A stretch of 64,000 bases of DNA from Mesotaenium endlicherianum (Eukaryota), in assembly GCA_009602735.1 (NCBI GenBank), contig WELA01001245.1, forward strand, positions 64,415-128,414, given 5' to 3'. Positions within the stretch are counted from its first letter, which is position 1; every line of letters begins with the position of its first letter. The notes beneath the pieces were generated by a model. The model was not told where the DNA came from, made no database searches, and saw only the letters and a list, made by a program, of their open reading frames with translations. Of the stretch, positions 35,201 to 46,157 are shown piece by piece. The translations under genes and the position numbers were made by a program.

Positions 35201-36328
35201 CCTTTAACCGCTTAGAAAAAGCTTAATAAAATATTTACGTAGACACTGCACGCAATTGCTTTCAGCAAAGCATAGTGAAAGCCCTACTATGATTATCAAT
35301 CCTTGCCTAAAACGTTGCTACTTGCAATATGGTCTGTTGGCAGGCTGAAATTTTTGATGTCCTATGCTAAGGTGTGACACTTGTAGACTATCATGATCTT
35401 TCATTTTGCTCACAAATTTTGATGTGTAAGATTCCTGACTAAACTCATGTACACTCGTCACAGACAACACAAGCGACACCTTACTACAACCTCAAGTACC
35501 ACCAGGGTTTGGTTAAGTCTTCCATGATGCAAATACGTGACAACAAGTTGGAAACTGAAGCAAGCTAATGCCAGAAGCTCATTGGGCTGCAAGTAAGTGC
35601 TCAAGAATCAGCAATGCAAAAAGTAGCTATATATCAAATAACTTCATTCAAAACAACTGCTGGTATACCACATGTTAGCAAATCCTGCCAGGATCAATAA
35701 TGTCACATGCGTGCTAACTTTTATCCCCTCGTAACAAAAGTTCCGCAGACCAAATCCAAAAAATCTTATTGCAGTGTGTATGCACAGCTTCACAGATGGT
35801 GGGTTGACATTTGCCTGTCGCTTGCCTACCTTGAACAAAATAATTGCTATGTGAAAAGGTCCATCAAAGCTTTCCGATATAGGCTGCCATGCGCTCAATG
35901 ATGCGGTTGCTATGCTGCTGACAGCGTGCAGTCATACTTAATGAGAGGGTCATACTGCGCACATGTGTTACCAACCTAGGATAGGTCCCATCATGGCGCT
36001 AAGATGCGACCGGCAAAAGGTCTTTCACGGCATGAAGCCACCAAAGCCTGCCAATCCGTGTAAATACCCAAAGCATGATCACTATCTCGGACTTGAGGCC
36101 AGCTTCGAGTTGTTCTCTAAGTTAGTATCCCTCACCTCAAGAACACAGGTCCCGTTGCAATGTTGTTAGCAGTGCCACTTGAAGCAGGTCATAGCAGAAA
36201 AGACATTCACAAATTAAGAAGAATGTGGACGTTTTGTCCTGCCTGCAACAGCCTGAGAGGAAAAAGACGCGTGCAATTTTCCCGACACAGTGAGAGCACT
36301 CACAGCTTTGCAGCGTCCTTGTCCCCTT

Positions 36329-39300
36329 TCAGCAAGAAGGCTGAACCATTGAATGCAGAAAGTGACAATCTGGGCGAGTACAGCCACCAGCGATGAAGTT
36401 TCTACAAAGCTGGCAGCCACTCAAGTTGTTCATGTGAGGTTATAAAATGCTTCAAAAAGAAGTACTAGCTCAAAGTTGCTACAAAAAGGACGAGCTTGTA
36501 CTTTGAGCATGTGGCGCATAAAGTGCTCTAGCTATGTCACAAGGTCAGATGATAATATCCCAAGCGACCTCCATATACCTCTCACAAACCTGAAGAGGAC
36601 GTAGAACATTATCTAATCACTCTCTACGCACTTTCATCTAACGTTTGCAACAATCTGTACAATTTTCATTGGATGATCATGATCAGGTGGATACATGGAA
36701 CTAGGGACAGCACAAAGCAATTCCAAAGTTGGAATCAGATAACATACTCGCTGTTTCTTGAGAGGTGGAACCTCTTCAGGCGTATGTCTGCACAGCAGGT
36801 TACATCCTACACACCTTTGAGTTCATGTCACGTTCATAACCTCAAAACAATCAACTAATTCAGTAATCCACCTGCCCATATTGCTTTTGGCAAGGTATAG
36901 CAGTTATTACTATTGTTTATAAAACTAAGACAAAGTGGATCTTATACACCTGTTTTGCACACACTTTTGTAGCACCTTCTACCTGATCATTTGCATTTAA
37001 CGACATTGAGTGGCAATGGTCAAGGTACATGCCGAGGTACATGGCCAAGAATGAGCCATACATCCTCATGAAATGCAACACAACAATCAAGAATATTGAC
37101 CAAGTATCAGCAGTATCCAACAGCACCTGCTTTGCTGATATGGCTCCCCAGCTCTGGACGTGCACCACTGTTGAGGACCCTGATAGGGCAAGTGAAAGAT
37201 GATAGTTACATGTCATGTAGGCCACATATGTAGAGGCGAAATTCGAATATAACAACATACAAAAGAATAGAACACATTGCACGCAGTGCATTATCTGGCC
37301 ATATAATTACTCATAAAAAATCCCAATACCTTTCTGCTAAAGCAAGCAATATTGAAATCATCAAGCATCCACTCCTTTGTTGCCACCAATACATGAATTA
37401 CTGATGACAGCAGATTTACAAGTCCATGCTTCACCGTGGCCTTCAGAAAGAGAAGGCCATTGTCAACTTGTGTAGCAACATTCAGGTTTCAATGCAGGGA
37501 TGACTTTAGAGATTCCTAGCCTAAAAAACCACCACATACTTAGTGCACTTGCCAAACACCTCCCTTACCTGATTTGTGCCATAGCTTTGGTAGTTCCACT
37601 CGACCTGATACAATTCAAAATGAATACTAAGTTAGTAACTGAGTAAGTTGCCTTTCAAAGTTCTACCATATGAGCCGCAAGATAAGTACTTTGCGCCACA
37701 CAGGATCTTAGCCCCTTCAAGATTTCCGTAATGTTGGTCAACAGAGCACTCGCACTAAGAACTCGCAAAATATCAGCAAGCAACACATTGAAGGTGGCGC
37801 TGTGGTCCGTAACGAAGTCGAGCTCTAATGTCCCCAACATCCCTGATATTGTCCTGATGTCTCTGACCATGCTGCAAGGCTCCCAAATTATACTCCGGCA
37901 GAATGTAATCTTCGACACAGAGCATCTCAAATCCACCTCTGACAAGTAAATAAGCCAAAATTAAGACCGTAAGTGCTAGAACTAGCATGCAGAAATATGA
38001 CATACTCCTGAAGAATGAAGCATGCAATCTTGAGAAGACAAGCTTTACTTAGGACAGATAAACAACAGAAGCCAAATCTGCTTAAAGAAAGTTGCTAGAG
38101 GAGGCTTACATTGTGGCTGCGAGGGTACTGTAGCTGATGCCCATTAACGTAGTCATGTCCTTGAGGAGCCCAAGGCCAGTAACTCCCGAAGCTATCAGGG
38201 TGGGGCGGCCATTGATGATACGCATGAGAATGTTGGCCATACGCATACGGATCATATCCATAATAAGAACTAGCAGCGCCACTATAGTAGTAACTGTGAC
38301 CATCATAGTAGGGCGCTGGACCATAAGGTGCAGGGTTAGCTGCAGGATAATAGCTGGCATAGGGGGCTCCATATGCATGGTTGCCACTGTATGCCTCGGC
38401 TGAGTAATGATTTACAGCTTCAGGTGTCTTACCAAGAGCACAAGGAGCTTCTGCTAGTAGTTTTGGAAGCTCAGTTCCAGGAGCGACCTCGTCATCTCCA
38501 TCCAGGTTGTGGTTTCTCTCAACATCTTTTGGTGGTTTCACTGAAGTCAAATAGACATTTGGCTGAGCTGAACTTGCTGCTTGAGATGTAGTGCACAACT
38601 GGAGGCATAGTTGCTGGGGTGTGGCTGTTGGTTTTCTCAGTCCTTGTATTGCCTTCAGAGAAATATCTACGTTCAATGGTCCAGCTGCTTTCTGATGTGA
38701 ATTGACACATGGTTGGACAGAAGGTGTCACGGACTGCACGTTTCTTACTAAAGGTTCTGACTGTTCCATGACAAAAAAATATGCCTGCGCTCAGCCAACC
38801 AAGTCTGATAGAGGTCCACAACAGCAACTGTTTTCCTGCACATACAGGGAAGGGGGACGTAGCTGGTCAACATGGCACACCGGTGGTTGGCTGTATCAGA
38901 TACCTCAACAGTGAATATAAAAAACAACATATTACTCCCTCAGCATAAGTTTGCCATACAGTGTTCTTCAAGAGCTTTGTGTTCTACTGAAGAAAAAGTC
39001 ATGAGGCATGTCAGAAGCTTCTCATAAGAGCAAGGTCATGATCATTTGCATACAGAAAGTGGCTAGTTTTGCATAAGTAGCAAATTTGCCCAGTATCAAG
39101 AACAGGACATCGTGGTGTATCATACCAATTACATATGTTTTTTGACCTGTTCTTAGCAACCATTTTTAACTGTAGACAACTGCACCCAGGCCAGATGATC
39201 CAGCAGGCAATCTGGCTATATCCATCTTGTTAAGAAGCAACGAAACTACAGTAATAGAATGATTTACAACTCAATGCAAACGGCATAAATACTTGCAGTG

Positions 39301-39758
39301 CATGGACGTTTTACAAACTTACCACAAAATAAATTTTGAAAGAAGGCGCTGGTCTCCCCTCGTCTTGTGTATAAAACTTGTTGACCTGGTGCTATGGGTG
39401 GACAATGACCAACAAGGACGTCAGAATGCCCTCCAATGGTTTCTTCAATAACGTAGAAGCTCCACAGTGTAACAGCTCTGTCATGTAAGCAGTCCTTGAA
39501 GCTCTCGTTGACCGCAGTAAAGCCTGTAGTATTTGATCACCCCTTATCTTTCAACTCAACGAGGACTACTTGTCGTAGTAATAGACTACTAAAACTTTTC
39601 CAGGTACCTAGCTTCATCTGACTCATGATGCTGGCGCGGCAAGAGCTGGCTTCCATCGACTGCATGATCTCGTTCACAAATGCTGCGTCAGGTTCCCGCC
39701 TTTGGGCAATTAGAGCAAATAGTGGGCCATCAGAAGGCATATTAGTCATGTTTCTCAT
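36329..39758 (-). CDS. Uncharacterised multi-exon protein with a Tyr/Pro/Gly-rich low-complexity region and a C-terminal CCCH-type zinc finger
   Basis: A phase-consistent GT-AG exon chain can be built: 39758-39608, 39523-39323, 39225-~39160, ~38784-38110, 37936-~37690, small exons near 37600, 37450, 37150 and 36770, microexon 36589-36579, and 36401-36329. It ends KKQRVCERNFIAGGCTRPDCHFLHS. Some internal junctions and both termini are uncertain. Confidence 0.6.
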
Positions 39759-40983
39759 TTATGTCGTCGACATGCACATAATTGCTCTCTCACCCTCGAG
39801 GTAGAAGCCATAGGGAACGCCTGCATGCAACACTGACACCAGCGTCATCGTACCAGCTTCGTACCGTAAAAGAAAAGAGAATGTTCAAGCCGTCAACATC
39901 CTACAACTTGTGGACGATGTTTCGAGCATGGCAGGCACTAAAGCATAGACTATAGCCTGAACATATATCATGAAACTTCTAAAAAAAAGCGTGAAAGGCC
40001 CCAGCTCCGGTGGCAGCTGCCCGTCTCAGCTTATTTTGCAGCTTATTCTTACTGTATTATTCCTGATTTTGTCCAATGGTTGCCACACATTGCATATTAT
40101 GCCACATTTTGCAGCTCATGCGAGTGTCGGTAGGTGTAGAGTTGCTGACCGCTTTGCGCTGATCCGAGTGGCTCAGCAACTCGAACAATTTCGCGACTGC
40201 CGAAAAGTGATTGAATTAAGTTGGGCGTGCTGCAGCAGCTCCTGCGCCCAATAGCATGGCTGGGAGCCCCTTATGAGAGCTGAGACTGGAGGTCTGCGCA
40301 TACCAAGGGCTTGCTAGAGGTCCAGCAGGTTGTCAAAGTTACTAGGCCCCGTAGAGAACAGGCGTATACTTTTTTCCTGTTTTGTGGATTTCCGTGCAAT
40401 GCCTTGCTTCTCTGTATCATCGACGGAGGAATAGTCCTGCATGGGGAGCTCTACTAATCTCTTGGGTTGGAGATCAGAAAGAGCTACTTACGTATGCCGC
40501 AATATTCACGTGTCAAGCCGTGGAAAGCTGCAACCTTGTGGAAGTAAGCGGGTTCATTGGAACAAGTAGGCAAATGCTGGCGATTGTCGCGGAGTCTCGC
40601 TCAAACACTTGCATAGCTCACTGACTACGGAGTGGACCGCAGCGTTTGGTCCTGGGGGGTACATTACGTGCAATTGGCAGATTATGGCCGCAGCCTTAAC
40701 AACTAAGCTATGGGCACCTGAGCATTGTTCGTTTCCTCCAAGGACCGGCAACGACTTCCACATCTTTTGAGGCGTCGTAGATGCTCTGCAGTCATCCCCT
40801 GGGAATCAAACTGCGAGCCTCAGGGGTCAAATAGCCCTCTGCTGATTGCATACCACAGCGAAACTTTGAAAGTCCTTGAAGCATTACGTACATAGTATCA
40901 CAGATTAACGACTTTGGCAGAAAACTGAGGAGTTGGTGATGTCTGTGTTCCCTCTGAGATAACAGGCAGGCACTGCGGCTACC
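39759..40983. promoter_or_regulatory. Probable divergent promoter/5'UTR region between the CCCH-finger gene and TRM1
   Basis: About 1.2 kb between divergent putative start codons. Inferred from gene geometry only. Confidence 0.4.
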
Positions 40984-43900
40984 ATGGCCGCTCTAGGTGG
41001 TATCTTCTGCCTTAAGGCACCTGTTGCCACCCTGGGCCTACATGCCTGCTTGGGGAGCTCCCATAGGCCAGGCAGGCAAGGCCCTGTGCCTTGCTGTCTT
41101 CGCTTGCATGAGCCTCTGCTCGCCTCGGCCCGCACAAGGGCCCGCACGCGCGATCTGAGCCGTACAAGTGGCATGTTCTCCCCACTCCTGCCCGGGCCCA
41201 GCAGTCGAAAAGGCCCCACCTGTCTGCTCCCCGGTACGATATCCCTCGAGTACAAGGCTACTGCCATTTCACCCCAGGCGGAGGGGTTTAACTCAGAGGA
41301 TTTGCTCTCCGAGCCTCAGCTCCGAAGGCCCAGCTGGCGGCAGGAGGGGCACGAGACAGCTGCCCCGCTTGAGAGGGAGAGGGGGGCACAACAGCTGCAG
41401 GGAGAGGAGCAATCCTCTGGCGCCGGGACCGGGGCTGGGGCCTGCGCTGGCCCGCGCCGGGCGGCGGGGCCCAAAAAAGCTCCTGAGCGGACCCGAGCAG
41501 CGCTGGAGCGGGGAGCTCGCCGAGCCGCAGCGGCACCAGCAGCCGGAGCCGGGGCCGGGGCCGGAGCTGGAGCCACAGTGGGGGCAAGGGGGGGGCCGGA
41601 GGCAGGGGCTGTGCTGGAGGAAAGGGGCGCAGAGTTTCGGATCAGCGGCAGCTTCTACCGGCAGGAGAGCGCGCTGGGGCGCGACCTGGGGCTGCTGGCG
41701 GCAGCGCTGCAGCGGCGGGACGCGGGGCAGCTGCGCGTGATGGACGCCATGTGCGGCAGCGGCGTGCGCGGCGTGCGCTACCTGCTCCACGCGGGCGCCG
41801 ATGCCGTGTGGTGCAATGACGCGTGCGTCGACTTCCACGCCGCGCTCCTCGAGAACCTCTCCGCGGCCGCCGACGGGCGCCGCCTCTCGCCCGCCGCCGC
41901 GGGGGGCCNNNNNNNNNNNNNNNNNNNNNNNNNNNNNNNNNNNNNNNNNNNNNNNNNNNNNNNNNNNNNNNNNNNNNNNNNNNNNNNNNNNNNNNNNNNN
42001 NNNNNNNNNNNNNNNNNNNNNNNNNNNNNNNNNNNNNNNNNNNNNNNNNNNNNNNNNNNNNNNNNNNNNNNNNNNNNNNNNNNNNNNNNNNNNNNNNNNN
42101 NNNNNNNNNNNNNNNNNNNNNNNNNNNNNNNNNNNNNNNNNNNNNNNNNNNNNNNNNNNNNNNNNNNNNNNNNNNNNNNNNNNNNNNNNNNNNNNNNNNN
42201 NNNNNNNNNNNNNNNNNNNNNNNNNNNNNNNNNNNNNNNNNNNNNNNNNNNNNCGGCGCCGGCGCCACCTGGCGTGGGCCGCGTTGCCGCCGGCGGGCGC
42301 GGCCTCTCGGCAACGGAGGGCCTGTCAGGCTCGTCGGACTCGCCAGAATTCTTGGCATCGCTCAAGTCAGGCGAGGGCTCGACCGCAGAGCTTTCGCTGC
42401 CAGCGCCGGCTCAGGAAGCCCACACCCGTACGCCGCCCGAGAGTTTGGAGGCCGCCAGCGGGGCGGAGCTTGTGGCAACCACGCCCATTGCCACGTCAGC
42501 ATCCGCTGACGAGTCATCCGCTGACAGGGCATTTGCAGACGAGGCGGACTTCGATAGTTCCCCAGAGCAGCACAGCCCCAGCAGGGGCGGGGGGGGCCAC
42601 CCGGGCCCCCCCGAAAGTGACGAGGGGATGCTCTACGGGGGCTACGGGGATGCCAGGTGGCGCGACAGGAGGGAGGGGAAGTCGGGCGTGGAGGGGTCCA
42701 GGTGGCGCATCACGCACGAGGATGCCAACAAGATCCTGTTCAGATGCTACCAGGTCTGCTGCCTGTTCTCGTCTGGAGGAGTGCATGCTTCCTCTCCTCT
42801 CCGCGCTTCTTCCTCCACCCCACCCCCGCCCTCCCCCGCTTGCATTCTCGTGCCAGTGCCTTTTCAAGGGAGCAAGGGAAGGGAGGAGGTGATGGGGGAA
42901 GATCCTCGGGGGGGGGGCGGCAGCNNNNNNNNNNNNNNNNNNNNNNNNNNNNNNNNNNNNNNNNNNNNNNNNNNNNNNNNNNNNNNNNNNNNNNNNNNNN
43001 NNNNNNNNNNNNNNNNNNNNNNNNNNNNNNNNNNNNNNNNNNNNNNNNNNNNNNNNNNNNNNNNNNNNNNNNNNNNNNNNNNNNNNNNNNNNNNNNNNNN
43101 NNNNNNNNNNNNNNNNNNNNNNNNNNNNNNNNNNNNNNNNNNNNNNNNNNNNNNNNNNNNNNNNNNNNNNNNNNNNNNNNNNNNNNNNNNNNNNNNNNNN
43201 NNNNNNNNNNNNNNNNNNNNNNNNNNNNNNNNNNNNNNNNNNNNNNNNNNNNNNNNNNNNNNNNNNNNNNNNNNNNNNNNNNNNNNNNNNNNNNNNNNNN
43301 NNNNNNNNNNNNNNTACCCCCCACACACCCACCCGCGCCCCCGCCCTCCCCTCCCCTTCCCTCCTCCCCTGTGGACCCGCCACGAGGCTTTGGCCAGACA
43401 AAGGGGGGGCCAAGATCGGAAGGCCCCCCCACTTTCGCGCAGCACTTGCATCAGGAGGCGTGGACAGGAGTGCTGCTGCTGCTGCTGGTGCTTTTGGTGG
43501 TCCGTGTGGCGACTTTGGCGCCTGGCGGTGCATCGGCATCGGGGCTGGAGGGGGAGGGTAGCGGCGGGGCTAGTGCTGCTCCTCGTCTTGCTGCTGCTGC
43601 CGCTGCTGCTGCTGCTGTTGCTGCTGCTGCCTTTGCCTGCCGCTGCCGTGGGCTCGTGACAGACCACTGCTCGCTATTCTCCCCCGGTTGTGCCATCAAG
43701 TCCTGCCAGACAACGCGAGTAAACCCCTGTGCACTTCTCTGCTCTGTTCGGTCCTGGCGTGCCCCTCTGGCGTGCCCCTCTGGCGTGCCCTCTGGCGTGC
43801 CCTCTGGCGCGCAGGTGAAGGACTACTACGACTTGATCGACATCGACTCGTTCGGCAGCGAGTCTGTGTTCATCGGGTCCGCCATGATGGCCGTGCGCCG

Positions 43901-46064
43901 CGGCGGCCTGCTCTATGTCACCTGCACCGACGGCTTCTCCTCCGGCGGCCACGCCCCCAACAGGTCCGCGGTGGAGCCTTACCCCCAACTCCTAAATGGC
44001 AGCAGTTGAACCCTAACCCCCGAGCCTGCTCAGTGATCACCTGCACCGACGGCTTCTCCTCGGGGGCCACGCTCCCACCAGGTCCACTGAACCGCCTGCT
44101 TCCAACTTTCAACCCGAGCCTTAGCCCTCACTCGAGAGCCTTGCACTCGAGCCCCAACCCGGAGCCTGCTCTCTGTCACCACCAGGTCTGCAATGACGCC
44201 CAAACCTGGACACTAGAGCCCAAACCTGGCCCCCTAAACCCTGAGGCCTGGGGCCCCCTGAGAGTCGCAAACCCTACGCTCCTAACGGGTCCGGGAGGGT
44301 CCCTTCCTCCAAAACCTAAATTGCTCCCCCCGATCGTCAAGCTGCCGTCGCCAACTCCCGCTGCCGCCATTGCTGGTGCCGCTGCCGCTGCATTTGCTGC
44401 CGCCGCTGCCGCTTCTTCTCATATTGCCGCTGCGGCTGCCGCCGCCGCCGCCGCCGGTGCTGCTGACTTGCTGCTGCTGCTGCTGCTTTGGGGGGCCGGG
44501 GGGGACCTTGTGCGGGGCGTGCCATGCGTGGGCGGCGGCAGGTCCCTGGGCGCGTACGGGGCGTACGTGCGGCCGCTGCCGTTTGGCAACGAGCTTGGCC
44601 TGCGCATGCTCATCGGGGGCGCGGTGCGCGAGGGCCTGACGCGCGGCCTGCGCGTGGAGCCGCTGTTCTCGCACTACTCCTTCCACGGCCCCGTCTTCCG
44701 CGCCATGCTGCGCATCGTGCCCTCGGGCCAGTGGCAGATCAAGTGAGTGCGTGAGCAAACGCGCCTGCCCCCTCTTCTCCCCCCTTCCGCCCCCCCCCCC
44801 TCTCCCTCNNNNNNNNNNNNNNNNNNNNNNNNNNNNNNCCCCCCTCTCCCTCTCTCTCGCACATTCTCTCACTTGAGGGTCTTACACCCTAAACCCGAGC
44901 CTGCGTGCCATGCTCTGCATCGCGCCCTTGGGCCAGTGGCATATTGCCGAGTGAGAAAGCGCCCACGCCCTCATCGATGCCCGTTGCTTGCATGCTTTTT
45001 ATTTTATTATTATGTGGGTGGACACACGCCTGCGTCGCTTGGTTGCCTCGCATCGCGCGGGGTCGAAGCTCAAACAAGCGTTTTAAACACCACAAACGCG
45101 TGCGCGCGCGGGCGTCGCACTGGCCTCAGCCGTGCGCGCACGCGCCAGCTGGCAGACGACAGATACATAAGCACACCGGGTCTTCCTTATCCTCTATTGC
45201 CCCCCTGGCCTCAATTGCCTCGCCTCGCTTCAGGAACGGCTCAGATTGCCTCATCTCGATCGTGTCATCTTTGATCCTCGACGAAACAACATCAATGCCC
45301 ACATTGAGTGCTCCAATTGGATTAATGTCTCCCTGCGGTGGGGGTTGGGGGTTGGGGGTTGNNNNNNNNNNNNNNNNNNNNNNNNNNNNNNNNNNNNNNN
45401 NNNNNNNNNNNNNNNNNNNNNNNNNNNNGGTTGGGGGGGGGTGGGGGGGGGGCGGCGTGCAGGAACTATGAGTTTGTGGCCTACTGCCACCTGTGCGGCA
45501 ACCCCAAGGTGGTGGGCTGGGACGACCTCGGCAGCGTGGGCTGCCACTGCCCCAAGAACGACGGCCAGGTACCCCTGCTGCGCTGCACGGATCACGCTCT
45601 CGCACACGCACACACGCACAGGCACACACACACACACACACACACAGAGGCACGCACGCACGCACCGACACGGGCACGCATGCACCCGCGCTCGCACGCA
45701 CNGCCCACGCCCTCGTGCCCCCGTGCACCCCACGCCCACGCCCACGCCGGCGCCCACATGCACGCACAGGCTCACATGCACGCGCACGCGCACCCGACAC
45801 GCACGTACATGCGCCCATGTGTAGGGTTGCGTTGGAACACCTTTTAGTGCGCTTTCAGCGCTTCCGCGTTGATTTCTTCGACCGTCCCTCTCGCTGCGTC
45901 CACCTGCTTGAGCTCCACTCCCCTGATTCCCTTCCCCCTTCCTCCCCTTTTCCGCGCTTCCCCTCCCCCTCCCCCAACCCCCGGCCTCCTTCCCTCAGGG
46001 CTGGAGAGCCTCATCCCCTAACAAATAGCCCCCGCGCGTGCAGCTTTGCCGCATTGCAAGCAAC

Positions 46065-46157
<93 letters not shown>

